Assembly: GCF_009914755.1 (NCBI RefSeq)
Contig: NC_060931.1
Direction: 5' to 3' (one strand)
DNA length: 64,000 nucleotides
DNA from: the human T2T-CHM13v2.0 reference genome, Homo sapiens
How positions within the stretch are numbered: the first letter of the stretch is position 1; each line of letters begins with the position of its first letter. This document shows positions 25,046-63,578 of the stretch, in pieces. Under the pieces are notes generated by a model. It saw only the letters and a list, made by a program, of their open reading frames with translations. It had not been told where the DNA came from and ran no database searches. Made by a program: the position numbers and the translations under genes.

Positions 25046-25937
25046 AATGGTATTAATTCTTCTTTAAACGTTTGGTAGCATTTTCCAAAGAAAATTAGGC
25101 CTGTTGATTCTTTTCTGAGTTTTAAAATTGCAAATTTAATTTCCTCAATAGATATAAGGCCACTCAAATTATCTATTTCATAATAGATGGGTTGTTGTAG
25201 TTTGTGTTTTTTGGGGGAACTGGGCTATTTTAACTAAGTTGTTGAATTTATGCGTTCCCTTATTCATAGAGTTGTTCATAGTGTCCTCTTATTATCCTTT
25301 ACGTGTCTGTAGGATCTGTCGTAATAGCCTGTGTTTCATTTTTTTTTTTTTTGAGACGGAGTCTTGCTCTGTCACCCAGGCTGGAGTGCAATGGTGTGAT
25401 CTCGGCTCACTGCAACCTCCGCCTCCAGGTTCAAGCGATTCTCTTGCCTCAGCCTCCCGAGTAGCTGGGATTACAGGCGCCTGCCACTATGCCCAGCTAA
25501 TTTTTGTATTTTTAGTAGAGACGGGGTTTCACCATGTTAGTTAGGCTTGTCCTGAACTCCTAACCTCAGATGATCTGCCCGCCTCAGCCTCCCAAAGTGC
25601 TGGGATTACAGGTGTGAGCCACCATGCCCAGGCCCATGTTTCATTTCTATTGATAAATTGTGTCTTCTTTTTTCTGTTGGTCTTGCTAGAAGTTAGTCAA
25701 TTTTACTGATTTTTTCAGTTACTTTTTTGTTTCATTGATATTTTTCTATGCAAAAAAATTTCTGTTTTCAATTTCACTAGTTTTTGCTCTTATCTTTATA
25801 TTTCCTTCCTTCTACTTGCTTTGTATTTATTTGGCTCTTGTTTTCTAGGTTCTTCTATTCTTTATTTAGATTTTTTATAAAGATGGAGTCTTGTCTTGCT
25901 CTGTCACCCAGGCTAGAGTACAAAGGTGCGATCATAG

Positions 25938-26102
<165 letters not shown>

Positions 26103-26391
26103 TGAGTAGCTGGGATTACAGGCGTACGCCACCACGCCCAGCTAATTTTTTGTATTTTTAGTAGAGACGGGGGTTTCATCATGCTGGCGATGGATTTTAG
26201 GTGTGAGCCACTGAGCCCGGCCAAAGGCTCAGGCAACTTTTGCCTTGAACTTCTGCCTCAGCCTCCCAAGTGACTGGGACTACAGGCATGCATCACCACA
26301 CCTGGCTTTTTTTCTAGGTTCTTGATGTGACAGATTAGATTATTGATTTGGGACTTTCCCTCTTTTCTGATGTATGCATCTAATGCTATAA

Positions 26392-26791
<400 letters not shown>

Positions 26792-27069
26792 TAGCCAGGA
26801 TGGTCTTGATCTCCTGACCTCGTGATCCGCCCACCTCGGCCTCCCAAAGTGCTGGGATTACAGGCGTGAGCCACCGCGCCCAGCCCTCTTTTTCTGTTAT
26901 TGGTTTCTAGTTTGGTTCCAGTGTGTGACAGAATATACTCTATATGATTTCAATTCTTTTACATTTGTTGAAATGTGTTTTTTGGCCCAAGATGTGGTCT
27001 ATCTTGGTATATGTTCCATGGGCTCTTGAAAAGAATGTGTATTCTGCTGTTGTTGGGTGGAATGTTCTA

Positions 27070-27537
<468 letters not shown>

Positions 27538-28279
27538 TCAGTTATGTCAATTTTTGCTTCACGTATTTTCAGCTCTATTGTTTGATGTAAACACACAAAG
27601 ATTGCTATGTTTTCTTGGTAGATTGGCTTTGTAATCATTATATTATCTCCCTCTCTGTCTCTCATAATTTTCTTTGCTCAGAAGCCTACTTTATCTTATA
27701 CTGGTGTAGCTACTCCCACTTTCCTTGGATTAATGTTTGCATACTATTTCTTTTTCCAGTTAACCTACCTATATTGTTACATTTGAAGTGAATTTCTTGT
27801 GGACAGAATATAGTTGGGTCCTGTTTTTAATTCACTCTTTCAAACTCATTTATTTATTTATTTATTTTTGAGACAGGGTCTCACTCTGTCACCCAGGCTG
27901 GAGTGCAGTGGTGTGATCCTGGCTCACTGCAACCTCAACCTCCTGGGTTCAAGTGATTCTCCTGCCTCAGCCTCCTGAGTAGCTGCCCAATTAACTTTTG
28001 TATTTTTACTAGAGACAGGTTTTCACCACGTTGGCCATGCTGGTCTCAAACTCCTGACATCAGGTGATCCGCCTGCCTTGGCCTCCCAAAGTGCTGGGAT
28101 TACAGGCATGAGCCACTGCACTTGGCCTCAATCTCTTTTAATTGGCATACTGAGACCATTTACACTAACAATTTTGTTTTATTTTTAATTTTTGTGGGTA
28201 CATAGTAAGTGTATATATTTATGAGGTATGTGGGATATTTTGGTACAGGCTTCAGTGTGTAATAATCACATCAAAGTAA

Positions 28280-28552
<273 letters not shown>

Positions 28553-29117
28553 TAGCCAGGATTGTCTTGATCTCCTGACCTCGTGATCTGCCCAGTTCGG
28601 CCTCCCAAAGTGCTGGGATTACAGGCGTGAGCCACCGTGCCTGGCCTTTTTTTTTTTTTTTTTTGAGACGGAGTCTTACTCTGTTGCCCAGGCTAGAGTG
28701 CAGTGGTGCGATGTCAGTTCACTGCAACCTCCACCTCCCGGTTCAAGCGATTCTTCTGCCTCAGCCTCCTGAGTAGCTGAGATTACAGGCGCCACCATTA
28801 CGCCTGGCTAATTTTTGTGTTTTTAGTAGAGATGGGGCTTCACCATGTTGGCCGGGCTGGTCTCGAACTCCTGACCTCAAGTGATCCACCTGCCTTGCCC
28901 TCCCAAAATGCTGGGATTACAAATGTGAGCCACCGTGCTGGCACTTTTAGTTATTTTTAAATGTACAATTAAATTACTATTGATGAGGCTGAACATGGTG
29001 GCTCACTCCTGTAATCCCAACACTTTGGGAGGCCGAGGCTGGTGGATAACCTGAGCTCCGGAGTAGAGGTTTCAGTTTTCTACAGAGCCTAGCCAACATG
29101 GTGAAACTCTGTCTCTA

Positions 29118-29279
<162 letters not shown>

Positions 29280-29824
29280 TTAACAATAACAACAACAAAA
29301 ACATAACATAAAATTTACCATCTTAACTAATTTCAGATGTACAGTTCAGTGGAATTAATATATTCGTAATGTTGTACAATCATCCCCAACATCCATTTCT
29401 ATAACTTTTTTCATCTTGTAAAACTGAAACTGTATTTCTACTAAACAATGAAGCCCCATTATCTCTGCCCCTCAGTCCCTGGCAGTTACCATTCCATTTT
29501 TTTTTTTTTTTTTTTTTTTTTTTGCATTTGAGGGCATTAGTCTGTCAACACCATTCCACTCTCTGTCTCCACGATTAAAAGAATTTTTTTTTGTTTTACT
29601 CTTTTAAACATTTTTTAATAGAGATGGGGTCTTGCTATGTTGCCCAGGCTGGTCTGGAACTCCTGGGCTGAAGTGATCCTCCCACCTTGGCCTCCCAAAA
29701 TACTGGGATAACAGGCATGAGTCACCATGCCTGGCCTCTGCCTCTAGGATTTTGACTACTCTAAATAACTCATAGAAGTGAAATCATATAGTGTCTTTTT
29801 TTCTGACTAGCTCATTTCACTTAG

Positions 29825-36019
<6,195 letters not shown>

Positions 36020-36942
36020 GTGTCACACCCATTGCCTTTTACCTGGCTTATTGTACACATTTCAGTTACCCGTTCAGTTCCTGTAACCATCTGGGTTTGA
36101 GATCATTTGCTGGGCCTTTGCAGTTTGGTGTTTTGGCTCTGGGTCCCTTACTAGAAAAGAAGATGAGAAAAGGAAAAGAAAGGAATCCTGGCTGGGTACG
36201 GTGGCTCACACCTGTAATCCCAGCACTTTGGGAGGCCAAGGCAGGAGGATCGTTTGAGACCAGGAATTTGAGACCAGCATGGGCAACATAGCAAGACCCC
36301 AACTCTACAAAAACATTTTTTTTTTTCAAAAAAAGAAAGAAATCCAAGGGAACCTCAGTTTGGATTGGAGTGGGGGTAGGGACAGGGGTACTGCAGGTGA
36401 GAGGGGGCTAAAAGACCTCCATCCCCAGGCTCTGTGGGGTCATATGTTCTCATCAATCTCTTAAGTCTCCTTCCCAGGGTAATAGACACTGTTGACTTAT
36501 AAGTTTATTTAAACGTGTAGGCCTTATCATATGCTTCATCCTAACAGCACAAAGTTAAACAAAGCAGCTTTCAAGGCCCAAGGAGAGAGAAGTTGATTTA
36601 AGATAGGGCCCTATCAGAGGTTACTCAACTGTTTCTGGCTCCGGCCTTATCACTGACAAAGGCCACGCTCCCTTGCCTGGGTGCGCCCTGAGCTCCAATG
36701 GAAAAGAGAAACTCCTTGAACAGACCTGTGGGTGTCAAGCAGCTGCCTTCTTCCCCAGCCAGCCCAGTGCCTGCTCTATGGGCTGTGACCACAGTGGCCA
36801 TGGTAGCAGCGGGGGAGGCCACGCAGGGCTTCCTCTCACTGTGGCTGATGCCAGAGCCCACTGGCAGCAAAACAGTGTCAGTTCTTTTTTTTGTTGTTGT
36901 GAGATGGAGTCTTGCTCTGTCGCCCAGGCTGGAGTGCAGTGA

Positions 36943-37218
<276 letters not shown>

Positions 37219-37366
37219 TAGATAGTTTCCAGTGGTTTTGCTGTGACAAATAAGGTGTGATGCACGTCCTTGCAAATACCTCCAGGTGCACATGTGTTCT
37301 CCTAGAAGTAAAATTGCTGGGTCATCAGGTAAACACACCTCCCACCTTCCCAATATTGCCAAATGA

Positions 37367-37759
<393 letters not shown>

Positions 37760-37885
37760 TGAACTCCTGGCCTCAGGGGATCTTCCCACCCTTCCCAAAG
37801 TGCTGAGATTACAGGCATGAGCCACTGCTCCCGGGTGGTTTCCTATTGAGTTGTTTGTCCTTTTCTCATTGATTTGCATAATTTC

Positions 37886-39020
<1,135 letters not shown>

Positions 39021-39170
39021 ATTTGTAGAATTTCTTTGTATATTCTGAGTACTAATCATTTGTTGATTATAACGGTTACACATATTTTCTCCCAGATGAT
39101 AGCTTATCTTTGGCCATTTAGTTCTATGATTTTTTTTTTTTTGCCATGAAGTTTCCTTTTTGAGACATAA

Positions 39171-39410
<240 letters not shown>

Positions 39411-39436
39411 TAAAGGTACAGCTTGATAAAATTTTT

Positions 39437-40996
39437 TTTTATTTAATTTAATTTTATTATTATTATTATTATTATTTTTATTGATTATTCTTGGGTGTTT
39501 CTCGCAGAGGGGGATTTGGCAGGGTCACAGGACAATAGTGGAGGGAAGGTCAGCAGATAAACAAGTGAACAAAGGTCTCTGGTTTTCCTAGGCAGAGGAC
39601 CCTGCGGCCTTCCGCAGTGTTTGTGTCCCTGGGTACTTGAGATTAGGGAGTGGTGATGACTCTTAACGAGCATGCTGCCTTCAAGCATCTGTTTAACAAA
39701 GCACATCTTGCACCGCCCTTAATCCATTCAACTCTGAGTGGATACAGCACATGTTTCAGAGAGCACAGGGTTGGGGGTAAGGTCACAGATCAACAAGATC
39801 CCAAGGCAGAAGAATTTTTCTTAGTACATAACAAAATGAAAAGTCTCCCATGTCTACCTCTTTCTACACGGACACAGCAACCATCCGATTTCTCAATCTT
39901 TTCCCCACCTTTCCCCCCTTTCTATTCTACAAAACCGCCATTGTCATCATGGCCCGTTCTCAATGAGCTGTTGGGTACACCTCCCAGACGGGGTGGTGGC
40001 CGGGCAGAGGGGCTCCTCACTTCCCAGTAGGCGCGGCCGGGCAGAGGCGCCCCTCACCTGCCGGACGGGGCGGCTGGCCGGGCGGGGGGCTGACCCCCCC
40101 CACCTCCCTCCCGGACGAGGTGGCTGCCGGGCAGAGACGCTCCTCACTTCCCAGATGGGGTGGCTGCTGGGCGGAGGGGCTCCTCACTTCTCAGACGGGG
40201 CGGCTGCCGGGCGGAGGGGCTCCTCACTTCTCAGACGGGGCGGTTGCCAGGCAGAGGGTCTCCTCACTTTTCAGACGGGGCGTCCGGGCAGAGACGCTCC
40301 TCACATCCCGGACGGGGCGGCGGGGCAGAGGTGCTCCCCACATCTCAGACGATAGGCGGCCGGGCAGAGACGCTCCTCACTTCCCAGATGTGATGGCGGC
40401 CGGGAAGAGGCGCTCCTCACTTCCTAGATGGGATGGCGGCCGGGCAGAGACGCTCCTCACTTTCCAGACTGGGCAGCCAGGCAGAGGGGCTCCTCACATC
40501 CCAGACGATGGGCGGCCAGGCGGAGATGCTCCTCACTTCCCAGACGGGGTGGCGGCCGGGCAGAGGCTGCAATCTCGGCACTTTGGGAGGCCAAGGCAGG
40601 CTGCTGGGAGGTGGAGGTTGTAGCGAGCCGAGATCACGCCACTGCACTCCAGCCTGGGCACCATTGAGCACTGAGTGAACGAGACTCCGTCTGCAATCCC
40701 GGCACCTCGGGAGGCCGAGGCTGGCGGATCACTCGCGGTTAGGAGCTGGAGACCAGCCCGGCCAACACAGCGAATCCCCGTCTCCACCAAAAAAATACGA
40801 AAACCAGTCAGGCGTGGCGGCGCGCGCCTGCAATCGCAGGCACTCGGCAAGCTGAGGCAGGAGAATCAGGCAGGGAGGTTGCAGTGAGCCGAGATGGCAG
40901 CAGTACCGTCCAGCTTCGGCTCGGCATCAGAGGGAGACCGTGGAAAGAGAGGGAGAGGGAGACCGTGGGGAGAGGGAGAGGGAGAGGGAGAGGGAG
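39437..40996 (-). mobile_element. Full-length SVA retrotransposon (~1.56 kb, short VNTR)
   Basis: (CCCTCT)n hexamer at ~40940-40996, Alu-like region at ~40560-40930, GC-rich VNTR at ~39985-40560, SINE-R at ~39485-39980 and a degenerate A-tail. TSD CAGCTTGATAAAATTTTT at 39419-39436 and 40997-41014. Confidence 0.97.
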
Positions 40997-41059
40997 CAGC
41001 TTGATAAAATTTTTACATTTGTGAATACGCATGTAACCAGCACTCAAATCAAGACCTAG

Positions 41060-41368
<309 letters not shown>

Positions 41369-41572
41369 TAATTTCTGTATTTTTTAAATAGAGATGGGGT
41401 TCACCATGTTGACCAGGCTGGTCTCGAACTCCCGAACTCAGGTGATCCACCTTCCTTGGCCTCCCAAAGCGCTAGGATTACAGGTGTGAGCCACCATGCC
41501 CAGCTGAGTTCTTTATATACTCTGATTACTAGACATTTGTTGGCTATATGGGTTGCATTTAGCTTATTTTAA

Positions 41573-41879
<307 letters not shown>

Positions 41880-42382
41880 TGAGCCACCGCGCCCAGCGTC
41901 ATGCAAGTTTTTAATATGTCTATCTCCATCAATTTTTTCTTTTTCATGTATCTTTTGTGTCTTACTTAAGAAATATTTCTCTAAATCCAAGAAATGGAGG
42001 TATTCTCCTATAGTTTCTTCTAAGTGTTTTACAGTTATTTTCTTCACATTTAGATGTTTAACGACAAAAGATTCTTTGCTTGTCCAAACTTCAGTCAGGT
42101 TTCTGAGTCTTCTCCTAAGCCCATCCACGTACTTTCTTGTAAAACTCAGTTTTGGCAAGAGCCCTGCTGGGTCAGTTCAGCAAGAACGCTCCATCCTCAA
42201 TATCTGATCATCCTTAGTATCTGATCAATTCCTCACCCTCCATGATACCTCATGTGATGTCTGATTACCCTGGCCTGTCTTCAGCAGCAATCCTGCTAGG
42301 TTGGTTTAGCTAGAATTCCCTTCATGCCTGATGTTTTCTCTTAGTAATTTTCCATCCACCTACTCCCACTCTGCTCCTGGGC

Positions 42383-49944
<7,562 letters not shown>

Positions 49945-50239
49945 TTAGTTTATTTCATACATATATACATTCATATAGATATGTGTTCATATATAACTAT
50001 ATAAAATCTATCCTATAGCCAGTCTGTCCAACACCCACACTTTTTTCCTTGGCTTAAGTTAGACATTGTCAGTTTTGGTTGCTTTCCATCAAAATAATCA
50101 TATCTAGTACCTCTGCTATCTTCTATATGGAGGCCTTGGTCTGATTGGACAGACGTGGCCATGCCTTTGGGAGACGCTTCTGAAGGAGGCAGGCCTTGCC
50201 CCAGGAAGCCTCAGCCAGAAGGGGAAAAATAAGAAGTCA

Positions 50240-50620
<381 letters not shown>

Positions 50621-51305
50621 CTATGGCCATGGATTCCAGGGACTTCCTGGAAGGGTGATTTTCCAGTTAACTTTTGTTATACCGACATCTAGGCTGAGAC
50701 ACCGATATTTATGTGTGTTCTCAGAGACAGAGCCTAAAGTGGGGAGACAGTGTTGGGGGCAGGAGGCAGAAGAAGGAGGGGTGGGGGCAGCTGGTGCTCG
50801 TGGACAGGAAATTTCCTCTTAGAGCCTCCTGCAAGTGGGAAAACACCCACACCTTAGGTCCCTGTGACCATACAGTGCCTGGCCCTGGTGAGTTAAAACT
50901 CAATTTGAGGTGGGGTGTGGTGGCTCACACCTGTAATTTCAGCACTTTGGGAGGCAGAGGCAGGAGGATTGCTTGAGGCCAGGAGTTCAGGACCAGCCTG
51001 GGCAACATAGCGAGACCCCTGTCTCTCTTTTTTTTTGAGACGGAGTTTTGGTCTTGTTGCCCAGGCTGGAGTGTAATGGTGTGGTCTCGGGTCCCTGCAA
51101 TCTCTGCCTTCTGGATTCAAGCGATTCTCCTGCCTCTCAGCCTTCTAAGTGGCTGGGATTACAGGCATCCGTCACCACACCCAGCTAATCATTGTATTTT
51201 TAGTAGAGAGAGGGTTTCACCATGTTGACCAGGCTGGTCTCGAACTCCTGACCTCAGTTGATCCACTTGCCTCAGCCTCCCAGAGTGCTGGGATTACAGA
51301 TGTGA

Positions 51306-51526
<221 letters not shown>

Positions 51527-51873
51527 TAGTAGAGATGGGGTTTCACTGTGTTAGCCAGGATGGTCTCGATCTCCTGACCTTGTGATCCACCCGCCTCGGC
51601 CTCCCAAAATGCTGGAATTACAGCTGTGAGCCACCCGGCCTGTTTTTTAAAAAAGAAAAATACAGTCCAGCTGTGGGGGCTCACGCCTGTAATCCTAGCA
51701 CTTTGGGAGGCCAAGGTGGGAGGATTGCTTGAGGTCAGGAGTTCAAACCAATCTGGCCAACATAGTGAGACCCTGTCTCCAAAAAAGAAAAAAACAAAAA
51801 AACCAAAAAACTACGTAACTCAATTTGTGTTTTTCTTCCCGTGCAAAAAACAAAAAAACAAAAAGCCACGTAA

Positions 51874-52146
<273 letters not shown>

Positions 52147-52916
52147 TAATTTTTGTATTTTTAGTAGAGACGGGGTTTTGCTGTGTTGGCCAGGCTGGTC
52201 TCAAACTCCTGACCTCAGGTGATTCACTCGCCTTGGCCTCCCAAAGTGCTAGGATTACAGGCGTGAGCCACCGTACCCGGCCCCCTAAGCAGCCTCTTAA
52301 ACTGGCCATCTGAGAAGCAGAACTCTTGAGGTGAGGAGTTTGGTTTGGGGCTCAGAGGGCCGCGCGTGTGTGGCCTCTGTCTGTCCGGGGATGGGGTGGG
52401 CGTGTTTGGCTTTCGAGGTGGATTCGTGCTTGTGTGAGAGGGTGTGTGTTTCTCATTCCTGGTATCCTCAGTTCCGGGCGTGGCGTGTCCCTCCGTGTGA
52501 GTGACGGTGGGAAGGTGAGGTGAGAGTGGCCAGGGCGGGGTGGAACTGTTTTCTCTCGGCCCGTCCAGGTTGGCTGCTTTTGGGTAATTACCAGGCTCTG
52601 AGATGTCACAGAGCCAGGACGGGAGGAGTGAGTCACCCCCACCATTCCGCCATTGCCCTGGAGAAGCTTCTTCCCTGTCCCCAGGGCCCGGTTTCACTGG
52701 GAGCCATAAAAAGGCCCTGCCCAAGCTTGGTTTCTTCCGTTTTCAGCCGGACCTGCTGAAACCAAGCCTGGGGGCTGCCTGGGAGCGTGCCAAGGGCACT
52801 GCCCAGATGGGGCCCAGCCCAGAGGGAAACCAGCCCAGCAGGGACCCAGCTCCAGCTAAGGCCAGAAACCAGAGCCCACCCTTGGGGGCTGTTCTGTTCC
52901 TGGTCTCATCTGGTTT

Positions 52917-53002
52917 ATACATATATATATATATACACATACATATATATATATATACACACACACATACACATACATATATATATATACACACATACAC
53001 AC

Positions 53003-53056
<54 letters not shown>
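52917..53056. repeat. Compound (TA)n/(CA)n microsatellite at an Alu tail
   Basis: Alternating purine-pyrimidine run between the TSD copy CATCTGGTTTATA (52907-52919; second copy 53353-53365) and the T-tail of an antisense Alu. Confidence 0.92.
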
Positions 53057-53181
53057 TTTTTTTTTTTTGACACAGTGTCGAGCTCTGTCGCCCAGGTTGG
53101 GGTGCAGTGGCATAATCTTGGCTTAGTTCAACCTCTGCCTCCCAGGTTCAAGTGATTCTCCTGCCTCAGCCTCCTGAGTAG

Positions 53182-53466
<285 letters not shown>

Positions 53467-54279
53467 TGAGCCCCATTCCTCTCCAAGAGCCCCCTCCCCT
53501 ATCTGAAGCTCCTCTTCTCCTGGAGACCCTTCCCCTCCCAGTTCCCCCGCACCCCCTCCCTCCACTGCCCCTCCCTCTTAAAGTCCCCTACCCTTCTGTC
53601 CTGTCACTTCCCTGCCCTCTCGCTCCCTGGGGTGGGAGGGCCTGGCTTGGCGAGGCGGCTAAGAGAGGGGAAGGGGCTCAGGGTGGGGGCAGGGCATGTC
53701 TGGGGTCTGCCAGCTTGTCTTGGCCTGGCTGGCTCTCTATTCCATTATGAACATGTGGCTGGGGTTTCTGCCATCCTCCCAGGCCCTGGTGGGGTGGTTG
53801 GGGCTGAGAGGGTGATGGGGAGGGGAGGAGGAAGGGGCCGCAATGCCAATCACATCACCCCAGGGGCTCAGAACAGCTCCCGCCTCTCCTCCTCCTCCCC
53901 TTCTTTCTCGCCCCCACCCCCCTCCCCACCTTCCAGAGCCCATTAGCCCAGGGCTGCAGTGACACCTGCCTCCACTGGGGATCCTCCCCTACTCCTGGGG
54001 CCATAGCTGCTCCCCCAAGGGTGGGTTACCCTCTTGCCTTTTGACCTTCCCAGGGACCTGGCAGTCCTGCCCCTGGGTGGCCACCTCTTCAGCCTCTCCC
54101 AGAGCCTTGGCCACACTTGCTGTGCCGTCCGCAAACACCCAAGGGGGCACCGTGCCCAGTCCAGGAATCAGGCAGCCATCACCTTCCCAGCCAGACCCTG
54201 GGAAGGATAGACCCACAGCCTTAGCCATATACAGAGCACTGGGCAGCTTTTACTTTTCACCATGATGAGCAACTTGTCA

Positions 54280-54609
<330 letters not shown>

Positions 54610-54952
54610 TCACCATTAAAACAGCCAATTTGGGGGTGTTTGGGGCAGCCGGTTACAATTCTCCCTCTCTACCCCTCCACCTGCCACTAGCACAGGTGCG
54701 ATTTTCAAAATTCCCATCAACGGGTGTGGGACACCCTGGATGCTGCAGTTCCCACAAGCAAACAGGCGAGGGCGACTCTAGGGAGAGTCACCGCGGCCGT
54801 GGGCTGGCCCAGCCTTGAGGAGAGCATTGACACACAGCGTTTGCCAGAACCATGGCCAGGGACGCTGCCTACTTGCTGGAGGTCCCTGCTCCTTCTGGAC
54901 AGGGATTTATGGTTGGGTGCATTGCTTAGAATAGGAATTAGCTACCATTTGA

Positions 54953-55260
<308 letters not shown>

Positions 55261-55277
55261 TGATCTTGAACTCCTAA

Positions 55278-55860
<583 letters not shown>

Positions 55861-55907
55861 TCATGTCTGTAGTCTTGGCTACTCTGGAGGCTGACGTGAG
55901 AGGATCA

Positions 55908-56051
<144 letters not shown>

Positions 56052-56873
56052 CTATATTTCCATTGATTTCAAGAGTGTTGGCCTTTCTTGCAACATTTTG
56101 ATAATAATTGCTTTAAAGTCTTGATCTGATATTTCCAATGTTTTGTCATCTCAACATTGACCACTGTTGATAGTCTTTTCTCCTGTGAGTTGAAATTCTC
56201 CCGGCTCTTTGTATGCTGAGTAATTTTGGAGTGTCTCCAAGATATTTTAAATATTAGGATATAGGAATCTGGATCTTTATACAATTCTATGGAGAATGTT
56301 GATATTTTTGTTTTAGCAGGCTGTGGTTTTTTTTTTTTTTTTTTTTTTTTTTGGACATGCTGGACCTAGGAACCCTGAATTTCCACTACCTTGCTGTGTC
56401 TCCACACCCTTATCACAGCCCTGCGTCATCTCAGGCAGCTCTGACCACCTCCTGAATGTCCATGGCCTGACCAGAAGCCCTTGGAGAACTGCCCTATGGG
56501 TTTCTGAGTTCCTCCCTAGCATAAGTGAGTTTGGGGCTCAGTAATGTCTTGGAAACAAACTTGGGTAGACTTGATGCTTGTTATGGTTACACACCCTGGT
56601 TACACATTATGCTAAGTGAAAGAAACCAGACACAAAGCCTCTATAATATGTGATTATTGATTCCATGATTCTGGACATTTCATAGACCTATGATTCCATG
56701 CCTACTTTGAAATGTCCAGAATAGGCAAATCCATCATGACAGAAAGATTAATCACTTAGGGATATATGAAATATATGGAATAGGGATAAAGGGTTTGGAA
56801 TTTCTCTTTTTGTTAAGAAACAGGGGCTTACTCTGTCACCCAGGCTGGAGTGCAGTGGCCCAGTCATGGCTCA

Positions 56874-57269
<396 letters not shown>

Positions 57270-57998
57270 CTATAACTGTTTACCAGTGGTTCTGGGTTCA
57301 AATTCTAACTCCACTAGCTGTGTGACTCTGGGTGAGTCACTTTAATCCACCAAGCTTCTGTGTCCTGCGGGTTAATAGTGTCTGTGGGGGGCCAGCCTGG
57401 CATTGGACAGGCATTCGAGAAGTGCTAATTATTGTTTTTGAAGCAGCTTTATTGACATAGAAGTCACATATCATACAATTCCCCCTTTCAAAATGCACAT
57501 TTCAATGGCTTTTAGGATACTCACAGAGGTGTGCAACCATCATCACGGTCAATTTTAGAACATTTTCATCACTACAAAGAGAAACTACAAACAAGAGCTG
57601 GGTGTAGTGCCTTATGTCTATAATCCCAGCAGTTTGGGAGGCCAAGGTGGAAGGATCACTTGATGCCAGGAGTTCAAGACCAGCCTGGGAAACATAGCAA
57701 GACCCTGCCTCTACCAAAAAAAAAAAAAAAAAATTTAACTGGGCATGTTGGCATGCACCTGTGGTTCCAGCTACTCAGGAAGCTAAGGCTGGATGGTCAC
57801 TTGAGCCCCAGGAGATTAGGGCTGCAGTGAACTATGATCGCACCACTGTACTCCAGCCTGGGTGTCAGAGTAAGACCCTGTCTCTAAAAAATAAAAAATA
57901 GAAAAGAGCTGGGTGTAGCAGCTTACATCTGTAATCCCAGCACTTTGGGAGGCCGAGGTGGGCGGATCACCTGAGGTCAGGAGTTTGAGACCAGCCTA

Positions 57999-60133
<2,135 letters not shown>

Positions 60134-60658
60134 ACCGGCCCCTCCACCTCCAGTTGCCCTCTCTCACCTTCTTTCAGCCACACCTCCCAGGCCCCAGGTC
60201 CTACCCCAGCTCTCCCATGCCTCCGGGCCTTTGCCACATGTTTTTCCACCTAGGAGGTGAGTTCCTCCTACTCACTCACCTGACTCTCCCCTTCTTAATT
60301 TTTCTCTCCAGTTTTTATTTTGCAAACTTAAAACCAGGCTGGCTGGGCGCAGTGGCTCACACTTGTAATCCTAGCACATTGGGAGGCCAAGGTGGGTGGA
60401 TTGCTTGAGCCCAAGAGTTCAAGACCAGCCTGGCCAACATGGCAAAACCCCATCTCTACAAATAATACAGAAATTAGCTGGGTGTGGTGGCATGTGCCTG
60501 TAGTCTCAGTTAGGAGGCTGAGGTGGGAGGGCCACCTGAGCCTGGGGAGGTTGAGGTTGCAGTGAGGTAAGATGGCGCCACTGCACTCCAGCCTGGGCAA
60601 CAGAGTGAGACCCTGTATCAAAAAAAAAAAAAAAAAAAGAGGAAAAAAGAAAAACTTA

Positions 60659-60967
<309 letters not shown>

Positions 60968-61295
60968 CTACGGAAAAGTTGCAGGAATAGTCCAGTGAAC
61001 TTTCAGATGCCCTTTGCTCCAGTTCACCAAACGCTAACATTACTATGGTTGCAGTCTATCTCTTCTCTCCCTACATACACGCACTTCGCTTTTTCCTGAA
61101 CCATTTGAAAGCTAGATGAATACATCATGACAATTGACTGTCCAGAACTTCAGCATGCATCTCCTATGAACAGGACATTCTCCACCAGAGGTTCTGGAAC
61201 TTGAGCAACGTTGAGTACTGAGTCCTGCCCGCTGGCTCCTTCAATGCCCCTTTACTGCCCAAGCAGAAGCCAGGAAGTCTCCCTAGAGGAGGTGA

Positions 61296-62068
<773 letters not shown>

Positions 62069-62099
62069 TAGAGGCGTGAGCCACTGGGCCTGGCCTACA

Positions 62100-63578
<1,479 letters not shown>

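Noticed and set aside
39947-40850. Regularly spaced repeats (GCTCCTCACTTCCCAGA...) resembling a CRISPR array, and their ORFs
   Set aside because: This is the SVA VNTR: it is flanked by SINE-R and Alu-like domains, the spacers are similar to each other, and there are no cas genes.
54720-54810. Two small hairpins (GGGTGT-GGG-ACACCC and GACTCT-AGGG-AGAGTC) suggesting a structured ncRNA
   Set aside because: The 6-bp stems are expected by chance, and there is no Pol III box, terminator or family motif.
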